Part shown: in pieces, positions 51,041 to 60,468 of the stretch
Layout of the letters: every line of letters begins with the position of its first letter
Numbering within the stretch: position 1 is the stretch's first letter
Source of the DNA: an uncultured Pseudomonadota bacterium
Lineage (GTDB): Bacteria > Oederibacteriota > Muellerivitia > Muellerivitales > Muellerivitaceae
Length of the DNA: 64,000 nucleotides
Reading direction: 5' to 3'
NCBI GenBank assembly: GCA_963770835.1
Contig: CAVYRH010000004.1
Span: 448,001 to 512,000, forward strand
The notes under the pieces: generated by a model
Told to the model about the DNA's origin: nothing
Seen by the model: only the letters and a program-made list of their open reading frames with translations
The model's database searches: none
Translations under genes and position numbers: made by a program

Positions 51041-51787
51041 ATGAAAACGTTCCTCAGGGGCCTCTTTCTCCTTATCTTGTTCTGCGCCGGCTTGAAGGGG
51101 GTCGCCCGGGCCGGGCAGGAGGTCTATCTTTCCACTTCCCCCAATGAACGATACCGGGTTTTCGTGGAACAGGACATCGACCACCGCGTGGGGGACAGGA
51201 TATTCTTCCGCTATCCCCTGATGCTGGTGAACGTGAGGAGGCCCGACCACCATTTCTGGATCCTGGACGCGGGGAGCCCCCTCATCCATGAAACCGAAAA
51301 GGGGACCTTCAAGGTGCATTGGGACGATACCGACCCAACCGAACCTTCCTCCATCCATTTCCACTGGTCCCCGGACAGCCTCAAGGTTTTCATCGATCTG
51401 GAAGCCATCGAGGGGATTTGGAAGACTTATTACGTGGATGTGAACACCGGCAAAACCACGGACATTACCGCCGACCTGCAAAAATATCTGGTGGCCAAAA
51501 CCGAGAGTTGGGCCTGCGAGCAACCCAAAGTGGAGCTGGTGAAATGGACCAAACCCAACCTGGCCTTTTTCCGCCTCACCGCCACCTGCGGAAAAAACAA
51601 GGAAAAGCTCAACGAAAGCCTCTTCTACCAAATGGATTCGGTCCTTTTCGACACGGAAAAGGCCGCGGTGGTGGACGATTGCATGGGCTGCAAGGATGAA
51701 AAATCGGTCAAGGACTTCGATAAGTATTATTTGAAATCCATCCCCACTCCCACGCCGACGCCCGAGGAAACCCCGGTCGCCCAGTGA
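51041..51787 (+). CDS. Secreted hypothetical protein with TPTP tail
   Basis: AAGGA RBS, signal peptide, 'WSPDS'. Confidence 0.7.
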   Translation: MKTFLRGLFLLILFCAGLKGVARAGQEVYLSTSPNERYRVFVEQDIDHRVGDRIFFRYPLMLVNVRRPDHHFWILDAGSPLIHETEKGTFKVHWDDTDPTEPSSIHFHWSPDSLKVFIDLEAIEGIWKTYYVDVNTGKTTDITADLQKYLVAKTESWACEQPKVELVKWTKPNLAFFRLTATCGKNKEKLNESLFYQMDSVLFDTEKAAVVDDCMGCKDEKSVKDFDKYYLKSIPTPTPTPEETPVAQ

Positions 51788-51864
51788 CAACCCGCCCGCC
51801 CCAAGGGCCGGGCTCTTTTATTTCCCGCGCTCTCTTTCCCTCTTGAGATACTATTTTTTCCCTT

Positions 51865-54267
51865 ATGGAATCCATCCCGCAAAACCCCGCAAAAACCGTT
51901 CCGGCGATCCAAAGCCGGATGGCGTTTTTCTTGCGGGCATTACCCATGGTTTTTCTTTTCGGCCTTTGGGGAGGCCCGGCTTGGCCGGGGGATTTCAACC
52001 TTTCCGGAAAGGTGCTGGAAAAGGCAACTAAGGCTCCTCTGGGAGGAGCCGCCCTTCATTTGGAGGCTTTGGGCAATATGACCACGGCGTCAGAAACGGC
52101 GCCAGCGGTCAACACTCCCAGCGAGACCCCCGTGAAAAGCGGAAAACCCGCTGCGACGATCCCTTCCACCCCCGTTTCCACTTCCTTTTCCACGGAAACC
52201 GACTTGAAAGGGAATTACCGAATTTCCGTGCCGGAAGGGGATTACCGGGTGGCCGTGGAAAACCCCGGTTATACCAAGGCCAGCTTTCCCGTTTTACACA
52301 TCCACCGGGACACCACCAAGGACTTCTATCTGCAGGCGGATGAATTCTCCATGCCGGAAATGGTGGTTTACGCCCCCAAGGAAGCCCAGGCCCAAGTCAG
52401 CCACGAAACACTCTCCAAGGACGAACTGGCCTCGGTTGCCGGCAGCGTAGGCGACGTGATGCGGGCCGTCCAGTCCCTCCCCGGCGTGATCAACGCGGGC
52501 ACCGAGTACGGGGGGCTTTTGGTGCGCGGAAGCGGGCCCTTCGACAATCTTTACCTGGTGGACCGGGTTCCCATCGCCTTCCCCTTCCATTTCGGCGGGG
52601 CCATTTCCACGCTGGATTCGGCCCTGATCCAGGATTTGGACTTCATCACCGGAGGCCTGGACCCCGAGTACACCAACGCCCTGGGCGGGGTGGTAGACGT
52701 CAACGAAAGGAACCCCCGGACGGACAGGTGGGGTTTCCGGGCGGACGTGAACCTGCTGATGTCGGAGGCGGAAGTCGAGGGTCCCCTCACCTCCGACAGC
52801 TCCCTGGTTTTGGCGGGGCGGCGAAGCTACCTGGACCTCCTCATCGGCAACCTCAGCAACAACAGCTTCACGGCCGTTCCGGTTTTCTCCGATTACCAGG
52901 TGAAGTACAGCTACGCCCCTTCCCCCGGCCAGCGTTGGGATTTCGAGGCTTTCGGCAGCGACGACAGGGTGGGGGTCAATATCAACGGCAGTACCGCCGA
53001 ACAGGACCCCATTTTGGGCGGGAACTTTAATTTTGAGAACGGCTACAACAGCCAAGGCATCAATTACCGGGACAGATCGGACAGCGAAAACACCTTCCGA
53101 AACACCCTTTACCACTCCGATTCCTTCCTCAACGAAAGCTTCGGCGGTGGCCTTTACCTGGACAGCAGCCTGGAGGATTTCGGGGATTGGTTCAGTTGGG
53201 AGCACAATTTCGATAAGGATGACCGCCTGGAGGCGGGGCTCCAATATGACTACCTCCTCAACGGCACCAACGCCTATTTCGTGGTTTTCCCGACCGAGTA
53301 CGACAATCCCGGTTTTACCGCCACCCAGGCGTCCAAGGTCAACGCCAACGACACCCTTTCTTCCAGCGACTTCGGCGCCTATTTCGACCAAAAATTCAAA
53401 TGGCTCGACCGCAAGCTTGAACTCTCGGTGGGCGCCCGGGCGGATTACCTGACCTACAATTCCCAAACCACCTGGGGCCCCCGTTTTTCGGCGGCCTATC
53501 CCTTATCCGGCCAGACCACCCTCGAGGCCTCCTACGGCTATTACCATGAGGCACCCAGCCGCATCGAGGGAAATACCTACCTGGACCCTTCCCTGGGGAA
53601 CCCCCGCCTGGGTTCGGAACAATCCACCGCAACCGTGGTGGGGGTGGAACAAAGCCTGGAGCGGGGGCTGTCGGTACGGTTGGAAGGTTATGAGAAAGAC
53701 TTTTCCCAATTGATCGTATCCGACCCCGTGCTGAACTATTCCAACGCGGGTACGGGAACGGCCCGGGGCGTGGAGGTTTTCCTGAGGCGCGAACCCATCG
53801 ACCAGTTCTTCGGGTGGATTTCCTACTCCTTGAGCGACTCCCAACGGCAGGATAGCCCCGGTTCTCCAGCCTACCCCTACGACTTCAGCGAGCCCAGCAA
53901 CCTGCAGGTGGTGGCTCATTACAAAATCAACCCGGGCTGGGACGCGGGTTTCAAGTTCCTTTATTCCTCCGGGCTGCCTTACACACCGGTCGTTTTGGGC
54001 GCCGCCCAGGCGGTGACCGGCAGCTTTTATGCCCCCCAAACGGGATCCGTGAATTCCCAGCGCCTGCCCGACTATGTCCGGTTGGATGTTTCCACGTCCT
54101 TCCAGACGACCTACGACACCTGGGAATGGCGTTTTTACCTGGAGATCCTGAACGCCTTGAATAACCGCGATGTCCTGGGCTACCAATACAACGCCACTTA
54201 TACCCAACAGAACGCCGTACTGGACCTGCCCTTTTTACCCTATATCGGGTTCGAGGCGAAATATTAG
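51865..54267 (+). CDS. TonB-dependent receptor
   Basis: CarboxypepD-like N-domain, plug 'SLPGV...LLVRG', 'RLPDYVRLD', 'NALN', terminal 'GFEAKY'. Confidence 0.9.
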   Translation: MESIPQNPAKTVPAIQSRMAFFLRALPMVFLFGLWGGPAWPGDFNLSGKVLEKATKAPLGGAALHLEALGNMTTASETAPAVNTPSETPVKSGKPAATIPSTPVSTSFSTETDLKGNYRISVPEGDYRVAVENPGYTKASFPVLHIHRDTTKDFYLQADEFSMPEMVVYAPKEAQAQVSHETLSKDELASVAGSVGDVMRAVQSLPGVINAGTEYGGLLVRGSGPFDNLYLVDRVPIAFPFHFGGAISTLDSALIQDLDFITGGLDPEYTNALGGVVDVNERNPRTDRWGFRADVNLLMSEAEVEGPLTSDSSLVLAGRRSYLDLLIGNLSNNSFTAVPVFSDYQVKYSYAPSPGQRWDFEAFGSDDRVGVNINGSTAEQDPILGGNFNFENGYNSQGINYRDRSDSENTFRNTLYHSDSFLNESFGGGLYLDSSLEDFGDWFSWEHNFDKDDRLEAGLQYDYLLNGTNAYFVVFPTEYDNPGFTATQASKVNANDTLSSSDFGAYFDQKFKWLDRKLELSVGARADYLTYNSQTTWGPRFSAAYPLSGQTTLEASYGYYHEAPSRIEGNTYLDPSLGNPRLGSEQSTATVVGVEQSLERGLSVRLEGYEKDFSQLIVSDPVLNYSNAGTGTARGVEVFLRREPIDQFFGWISYSLSDSQRQDSPGSPAYPYDFSEPSNLQVVAHYKINPGWDAGFKFLYSSGLPYTPVVLGAAQAVTGSFYAPQTGSVNSQRLPDYVRLDVSTSFQTTYDTWEWRFYLEILNALNNRDVLGYQYNATYTQQNAVLDLPFLPYIGFEAKY

Positions 54268-54296
54268 CCTTTCGGTAGTGTTTTAGTTTGAATAAT

Positions 54297-54432
54297 TCCC
54301 CACTTTGAAAAAGGGGCCTCTCGGTTTTGAGGGTACACAGGGGGTTTTCCCTGTGAGAGCCTTTGGGGAGGGGGGTATTAGTCTTTAACAACAAGGCTAA
54401 CTCCCCCTTAATCCCCCTCTTTCAGAGGGGGA
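54297..54432. repeat. REP-like palindromic element (CCCC.CTTT..AAAGGGG type) with nested hairpins
   Basis: TCCCCACTTTGAAAAAGGGG ... TCCCCCTTAATCCCCCTCTTTCAGAGGGGGA. Confidence 0.6.
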
Positions 54433-54517
54433 AAAAGAAAACACACCATCAAACTGATACACCACCAGCCTTTCCTTTCGGTGGAAAAACCCCGCTTAAG
54501 GCATCAAAATAGGGCCA

Positions 54518-56044
54518 ATGGCTCCTCCCAACCCGCGCGGCGTTCCGGCCTCGGATGAAAAGCCCCACTATTTCTTTTCCCGCTGGCTGTTCCTGAAGAT
54601 TTTGGCCCTGGCCTACCTGGCAGCCTTTGGCTCCCTTTGGCTCCAAGTGGACGGCCTGATCGGCGAAAAGGGAATCCTGCCCGCAGCCTCCTTCCTCAAC
54701 GCCGCCCGGGAACAATGGGGGCCGGCCGCCTTTTGGGGTGTTCCCACAATTTGCTGGGCGGGTGCCGGAAACGGTTTTCTCCATTTTCTTTGCGGCGGAG
54801 GGGTGGTACTCTCCGTCCTTCTCTTTTTCGATTTCGTTCCGGTGGCCTGCCTGGCCTTGCTTTGGGTTTTTTACCTGTCGTTAGTTTCGGTGGGGCAGGA
54901 TTTCCTGGCCTTCCAATGGGACAACCTGCTTTTGGAAGCCGGGCTTTTGACGGTTTTCGCCACGCCCCTCCAATGGCGCCTGGGGCGGGACAGCCGCCTG
55001 CCGTCCTCCGGCCTTATTCTTTTCCTCTTCCAGTGGCTCTTGTTCCGGCTGGTGTTCGGGTCGGGCATGGTGAAACTCACCAGCGGCGACCCCACTTGGA
55101 GGAACTTGACCGCCCTGGAATACCACTATTGGACACAGCCCATCCCCCCCCTATCCGCCTGGTTCATAAGCCAACTGCCGGCCTGGTTCCAAAAACTTTC
55201 CTGCCTTTTCATGTTCGGAGCGGAACTGCTCGCGCCTTTTTTGATCTTCGGACCCCGCAAACTGCGGCCTTGGGCCTTCCTGCTAATGGCTTCCCTCCAA
55301 GCCTTTATCCTGCTCACGGGCAACTATTGCTTTTTCAACTACCTCACGCTGGGGCTTTGCCTTTTCGCGCTCGAGGACGCGGCCTGGCCCGGTTGGTTCG
55401 AGCGGTGGTGGGAATCCAAACCGGAACCCGAAAAGGGGCCCGCCTTCCGGTGGCCCTCCTGGATCGTCATCCCCTTCGCGGCTGTGGCGATCTATATGAC
55501 GGCCCTTCAAATGTCCTACTCGATTGGGTTGCGTTTCCAGTGGCCTTCCTGGACTATGGGCATTTACCGGGCCCTGGACCCCTTGCGGTCGTTCAATTCC
55601 TACGGCCTGTTCGCGGTGATGACCACCTCGCGGCCCGAGATAACCGTAGAGGGAAGCGACGACGGAATCCTATGGAAGCCCTACGGTTTCAAATGGAAGG
55701 CCGGGGATTTAAACCAGTCGCCGCATTATGTCGCCCCCTACCAGCCGCGGTTGGACTGGCAGATGTGGTTCGCCGCCCTGGAAAGCCCACAGGAAAATCC
55801 CTGGTTCCTGAATTTCCTGGTCGCGCTCCTGCAAGGCAGTCCGGACGTTTTAGGCCTTTTGAAAGAGAACCCCTTTCCGGACCGGCCGCCCAAGTTCATC
55901 CGGGCGGAAGTTTATGATTATCATTTCACGGATTTCGCGGAAAAAGCCAAAACGGGGAATTGGTGGAAGTCCGAATACGTGGGCCCCTATCAGAGGCCTT
56001 TTTCCCTCGACCAAGTCCGGCTTGAGGGGGGAAGCCCCCATTAG
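54518..56044 (+). CDS. Lipase maturation factor family protein
   Basis: 'FQWDNLLLEAG', 'LEYHYWTQP', 'TGNYCFFN', 'PYQPRLDWQMWFA'. Confidence 0.92.
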   Translation: MAPPNPRGVPASDEKPHYFFSRWLFLKILALAYLAAFGSLWLQVDGLIGEKGILPAASFLNAAREQWGPAAFWGVPTICWAGAGNGFLHFLCGGGVVLSVLLFFDFVPVACLALLWVFYLSLVSVGQDFLAFQWDNLLLEAGLLTVFATPLQWRLGRDSRLPSSGLILFLFQWLLFRLVFGSGMVKLTSGDPTWRNLTALEYHYWTQPIPPLSAWFISQLPAWFQKLSCLFMFGAELLAPFLIFGPRKLRPWAFLLMASLQAFILLTGNYCFFNYLTLGLCLFALEDAAWPGWFERWWESKPEPEKGPAFRWPSWIVIPFAAVAIYMTALQMSYSIGLRFQWPSWTMGIYRALDPLRSFNSYGLFAVMTTSRPEITVEGSDDGILWKPYGFKWKAGDLNQSPHYVAPYQPRLDWQMWFAALESPQENPWFLNFLVALLQGSPDVLGLLKENPFPDRPPKFIRAEVYDYHFTDFAEKAKTGNWWKSEYVGPYQRPFSLDQVRLEGGSPH

Positions 56045-56084
56045 GGTTGAGCGCCGCTCAATACTTCCGCGTTTAGGAGTCACT

Positions 56085-56729
56085 TTGTTTCAAAAAGACT
56101 ATTGGGAAAGAAAGTCGCTGGAAGACCGGCGGCCGCCGGAACACCCGGTGGTGCGGCAATATGCCCTCTCCAAGATCGAACAAATCCGCCGGTATGTGCC
56201 GCTGGATAAAAACACCCGGCTCTTGGATGTGGGATGTGGAAACGGCTTTTTCTCCCACCCTTTCAGCCAAATCTGCGACACGGTAGGCGTGGACTATTCG
56301 GAAAAAATGCTGGCCAAGAACCCCATCCCCCAGAAGCTGCTGATGGAAGCGGGCCATCTCTCTTTCCAGGATTTTGCCTTCGACGTGGTCTTCTGCCACG
56401 CTTTACTGCACCATGTGGAGGATATGGACAAGGTGCTCCTGGAAATGAGGAGGGTCACCCGAAAATGCGTCGTCGTCATGGAACCCAACCGCAACAATCC
56501 CCTGATGTTCCTTTTTTCCGCCCTTGTCCCCGAGGAACGGCGGGCCTTGAAGTTTTCGATGGAATTTTTAAAAGGGAAAATGGCCCAAAATGGGTTGAGG
56601 GTGACCGCGGCTTTTTCGCACGGAACCACCGTTCCGAACAAAACGCCGGCCTTCTTGCTGCCGCTGATGAGGTTACTGGACTTCAATTACCCGCTGGGGA
56701 TGACGAACATTCTTATCGCTGAACGGTAG
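56085..56729 (+). CDS. Class I SAM-dependent methyltransferase
   Basis: 'LLDVGCGNG', 'FDVVFCHALLHH', 'EPN'; TTG start after AGGAG. Confidence 0.88.
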   Translation: MFQKDYWERKSLEDRRPPEHPVVRQYALSKIEQIRRYVPLDKNTRLLDVGCGNGFFSHPFSQICDTVGVDYSEKMLAKNPIPQKLLMEAGHLSFQDFAFDVVFCHALLHHVEDMDKVLLEMRRVTRKCVVVMEPNRNNPLMFLFSALVPEERRALKFSMEFLKGKMAQNGLRVTAAFSHGTTVPNKTPAFLLPLMRLLDFNYPLGMTNILIAER

Positions 56730-56820
56730 TCGACGGTCGACAGTTCACGGTCCACAGGAACGGCCAAGAGTCCCGCGACTTAATCGTGCTGCCGACCGTG
56801 GACTGTCGACTGTGGACTGT
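56728..56820. repeat. Inverted heptamer-array element (GTCGAC/GTCCAC type)
   Basis: AGTCGAC GGTCGAC AGTTCAC GGTCCAC ... GCCGACC GTGGACT GTCGACT GTGGACT. Confidence 0.75.
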
Positions 56821-57481
56821 TTTTGGCGGTTTCGATCCGGTGCAAAAGCTCCCGCAGGCTCAAGTCGGCCATGGACTCGATGCGGTAGTCGGCGTGATCC
56901 AGGTTCAATTGGGCCGTCACCGGGTTAGGTACGGCCACGCAATAAATGCCGGCCGCCCGGGCAGCCTTGATGCCATTGGGGGAATCCTCGAAGGCGACAG
57001 CCCGGTCGGGCGAGACTCCCATGAAGGTCAGGGTGAGGTCGTAAAGTTCGGGATGGGGTTTCACCTTCTCCACGTCGTTGGAAGTCCGGATGGAATGGAA
57101 TAACTCGGCCAGTCCCAGGCGGGAGAGGAGGCCCACGACCCAGTCCTGGTCGGAGCTGGAAGCCACCGCCAGGGCGATTCTCAGTTTCCGGGCCTCCTCC
57201 AAGTAATCCAGGACGCCGGGGCGGGGTTCGAGCCCTGAAATAAGTTCTTGTTCCCTTTTGCGGAAGACCCGCTTTAATTCCGCCCGGTCCAACGGGCGGC
57301 CCAATTGATTTTCCAGGTAGTCATAAACATCGAAAGCGTGGTGGGAGGTGCCGATACATTGGCCCCAAACGGAGATGGGCAATTCCACCCCGAAAGAGCG
57401 GTAAATTTCCGTCCAATTTTGGAAGGCTGCGCTTTCCGTATCCAAGATAAGGCCGTCGAAATCGAAAATAAGGAGGTCCAT
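56780..57481 (-). CDS. HAD-superfamily phosphatase (IA variant 3)
   Basis: 'FDFDGLILDTE', 'VASSS', 'KPHP', 'FEDSPNG'. Confidence 0.92.
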   Translation of the reverse strand: MDLLIFDFDGLILDTESAAFQNWTEIYRSFGVELPISVWGQCIGTSHHAFDVYDYLENQLGRPLDRAELKRVFRKREQELISGLEPRPGVLDYLEEARKLRIALAVASSSDQDWVVGLLSRLGLAELFHSIRTSNDVEKVKPHPELYDLTLTFMGVSPDRAVAFEDSPNGIKAARAAGIYCVAVPNPVTAQLNLDHADYRIESMADLSLRELLHRIETAKNSPQSTVHGRQHD

Positions 57482-57491
57482 TGAAAAGCCT

Positions 57492-57671
57492 AGTTTTGCG
57501 TTATGAGTTTTGAGTTCTAAGTTTATGAAATTTTCAATCCTTGAATTGAAAATGGTTCATAGATTACACGGTTTTTCTTTGTTGCAATGAAAAATAATCT
57601 CAAGAAGTTGTTTATTCTAAAGATTAAACAACTTTCCATAACTCAACACTTAGAACTCAAAACTCAGAACT
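57492..57671. repeat. Inverted heptamer-array element enclosing several hairpins
   Basis: AGTTTTG CGTTATG AGTTTTG AGTTCTA ... AACTCAA CACTTAG AACTCAA AACTCAG. Confidence 0.8.
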
Positions 57672-57723
57672 ATTTGCTAAACTATTTCGCTGCCAATTTG
57701 GATAGTTTTCTGGATAGAACCTC

Positions 57724-58515
57724 ATGACCATCGAAACCAGGAAGAAGCCCGTCGTGTTGGACGTTGAAAATGTCACCTTGTCCTTCGGAGGACTGGTAGC
57801 GGTCGATAATTTTTCCATGGTGCTCCACGAGGGCGAGTTGTCGGGTTTGATCGGCCCCAACGGGGCCGGCAAAACCACGGTTTTCAACATCCTTTCCGGC
57901 ATCTACCGGCCCCAACAGGGGGATGTGCGGGTGTTTGGAAAACCGATCCTGGGCTTGAAACCCCACCAAATCACCCAGCGGGGCTTGGTGCGGACCTTCC
58001 AGAATATCCGCCTCTTTAAGGAACTCACAGTCGAGACCAATATCAAGGTGGCCTTCCACCATGCCCATCCCTACGGCATCGGCGCGGCACTGGCCCAAAC
58101 CCAGCGCTTCGAGGACGTGGAAAAAGCCTTCGACGAGGAAACCGGCCGCCTCATGGAAGTGCTGGAATTGACCCACCGCAAGGGGTCCCTGGCGGGCGCC
58201 CTGCCCTATGGGGACCAGAAGAAAGTGGAGATCGCCCGGGCCCTGGCCACGGGCGCCCAAATCCTTCTTTTGGACGAGCCGGCCGCCGGCATGAATCCCC
58301 AGGAATCCCAATGGCTCATGCAGGTCATCCAGCGCATCCGAAAGGAATTCAACCTTTCGGTGCTTTTAATCGAGCACGATATGAGGGTGGTCATGGGCAT
58401 CTGCGAGAAGATTTACGTGATGGACCACGGCATCAAGATCGCGGAAGGGTCTCCCAAAGAAATCCAGGAAGATCCGAAAGTCATCGAGGCCTACCTTGGA
58501 ATCAAGAAAAAATAG
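57724..58515 (+). CDS. livG: Branched-chain amino acid ABC transporter ATP-binding protein
   Basis: 'FGGLVAV', 'GPNGAGKTT', 'RTFQNIRLF', 'LLLDEPAAG', 'IEHDM'. Confidence 0.92.
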   Translation: MTIETRKKPVVLDVENVTLSFGGLVAVDNFSMVLHEGELSGLIGPNGAGKTTVFNILSGIYRPQQGDVRVFGKPILGLKPHQITQRGLVRTFQNIRLFKELTVETNIKVAFHHAHPYGIGAALAQTQRFEDVEKAFDEETGRLMEVLELTHRKGSLAGALPYGDQKKVEIARALATGAQILLLDEPAAGMNPQESQWLMQVIQRIRKEFNLSVLLIEHDMRVVMGICEKIYVMDHGIKIAEGSPKEIQEDPKVIEAYLGIKKK

Positions 58516-58989
58516 TTATGAGTTTTGGGTTTTTAGTTTTGAGTTGTGGTGAAAAGCCTGACGGTTTTTCCTTTTTTTAAAACTTAGGAAAAGTCACTAA
58601 TGAAAAGCATTGTTAAAGAAAAAAGTTTTAGTTTTGCCCTGGCGATAATTCAGCTATATCAAAGACTAAAACGCAAGAATGAGATTGTTTTATCCAAACA
58701 ACTTCTCCGAAGCGCGACCAGTATTGGGGCCAATGTTGAAGAAGCTTTAGCAGGGCAAAGCCGAAAGGATTTTCTTTCCAAGATGTCCATCGCCTCTAAA
58801 GAAGCCAGAGAAACTTGTTATTGGCTGCAGTTAATGAATGCCTCGAAGTTTGAAGGAGAAAATTATGCGCCATTGTTAGAAAAGGCCCAGGAATTGAAGA
58901 GGATGTTGACTTCTATTGTTAAGACAACAAGGGAAAAATCGGATGATTTTTGACCCTAACTCAAAACTTAGAACTCAAAACTCAAAACT
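58514..58989. other. Four-helix-bundle gene cassette bounded by inverted heptamer arrays
   Basis: Left arm 58514-58548 (AGTTATG AGTTTTG GGTTTTT AGTTTTG AGTTGTG); right arm 58958-58989 (AACTCAA AACTTAG AACTCAA AACTCAA). Confidence 0.8.
58600..58953 (+). CDS. Four helix bundle protein (23S rRNA IVP-like family)
   Basis: 'LSKQLLRSATSIGANVEEA...SRKDFLSKMSIASKEARETCYWL'. Confidence 0.92.
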   Translation: MKSIVKEKSFSFALAIIQLYQRLKRKNEIVLSKQLLRSATSIGANVEEALAGQSRKDFLSKMSIASKEARETCYWLQLMNASKFEGENYAPLLEKAQELKRMLTSIVKTTREKSDDF

Positions 58990-59012
58990 GATGCCGCGTT
59001 GAGGACAACCAA

Positions 59013-59735
59013 GTGAACTCAAGCTTATTAGAAATCAAGGACTTAACCGTATTCTACGATGCCATCCAGGCGTTGCGGGGAATCAGTCTGAGTGTCCCGA
59101 AGGGCTCCATTGTCTGCCTCATCGGCGCCAACGGGGCGGGGAAATCCACCGTTTTAAAGACCATTTCGGGAATCAAACGGTCCAGCGGCGGTGAAATCTT
59201 GTTCAACGGACAGGCTATTACCAGTTTTGCTCCCCACACCTTGGTCAAGATGGGCATTGTCCAATGCCCTGAAGGACGGGGGGTGTTTCCCAACTTGACG
59301 GTTGAGGAAAACTTGGACTTAGGGGCTTACGTGCGCCATGACCAGCCGGAAATCAAGAAGGATCTAGATCACGTTTATTCACTTTTCCCACGGTTGAAGG
59401 AGCGGTACAAGCAGGCTGCGGGGACCCTCTCCGGCGGGGAACAGCAAATGCTGGCCATCGGCCGGGCGCTCATGGCCCGTCCCCAACTCTTGCTTTTGGA
59501 TGAGCCTTCCTTGGGGCTCGCCCCGCAGGTCATCGAACTGATTTTTGACACGATTCAAAAAATCAATCATGAGGGAACCACGGTCCTCTTGGTGGAGCAA
59601 AATGCCCAACTCGCCTTAGAATCTTCCTCCTACGCTTATGTCCTTGAAACGGGTGAAATCATTTTAGAAGGGGAGGCCGCTAAGGTTTTGGAGAATCCCA
59701 AGGTTAAACAAGCTTATCTGGGACAGACGGTTTAG
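59013..59735 (+). CDS. livF: Branched-chain amino acid ABC transporter ATP-binding protein
   Basis: 'GANGAGKST', 'PEGRGVF', 'LSGGEQQML', 'DEPSLGLAP', 'VEQNA'. Confidence 0.92.
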   Translation: MNSSLLEIKDLTVFYDAIQALRGISLSVPKGSIVCLIGANGAGKSTVLKTISGIKRSSGGEILFNGQAITSFAPHTLVKMGIVQCPEGRGVFPNLTVEENLDLGAYVRHDQPEIKKDLDHVYSLFPRLKERYKQAAGTLSGGEQQMLAIGRALMARPQLLLLDEPSLGLAPQVIELIFDTIQKINHEGTTVLLVEQNAQLALESSSYAYVLETGEIILEGEAAKVLENPKVKQAYLGQTV

Positions 59736-59845
59736 GAGCGTTCCTTATCATTTGATTTTGAACAACAACATGTTTTAAGTTCAATCCATTTAATAAGACA
59801 TTGTCAGTTTGGTATAATCAGGAGCATCCGAAACAAATCGATATC

Positions 59846-60280
59846 ATGATCCGAAAAACACTACTTTCAATTTTCCTTTTCTTTTTGGCCGGGGCATCGA
59901 GCTTGCTCCATGCCCAGAATGACCATTATCCCCAGTACATGGAAAGCGGGAACCAGGCCTACAACGACCAAAAATACGACTTGGCCATTGAGTATTATAA
60001 TTCGGCCATCGATGACAAGTCGGATTGCTGGCAGGCCTACGTGGGCTTGGGCAACTGTTATTACTACCAAAAGAAATTCAAGGACTCCCTCAAGAACTAT
60101 GAGATAGCCCTGAAGATGGACCCCACCAACGATGAACTGGTGAAATTCGTCCAATTTCTGCGGGTGAAGGTAGGCGCCTCCGTCACCCCCACACCAACTC
60201 CCAAATCCATTCCCCAATCCCTGCCCACAGGGCTTCCTCCGCTCCCACCCCCCGGGGCAGTCCTTTCACCACCGAGGTAA
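59846..60280 (+). CDS. Secreted TPR protein with Pro-rich tail
   Basis: Signal peptide, 'YDLAIEYY', 'AYVGLGNCYY' TPR motifs. Confidence 0.8.
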   Translation: MIRKTLLSIFLFFLAGASSLLHAQNDHYPQYMESGNQAYNDQKYDLAIEYYNSAIDDKSDCWQAYVGLGNCYYYQKKFKDSLKNYEIALKMDPTNDELVKFVQFLRVKVGASVTPTPTPKSIPQSLPTGLPPLPPPGAVLSPPR

Positions 60281-60468
60281 TAACGGCCTTAATTTTCGGT
60301 GGAATCGAAAAATTTGTTGTTATAATTGTCCTACTTTCCTTTCAAAGCCTTGTTTGCCGACAAGGACCAACCAATTTTAAAAATAACTTCTTGGAACTCA
60401 CCGGTTGAAACCGATATTTTTCAAGGCATCTGTTGAAGACTTTTAATATTTAAATAAGGATAAGAACC

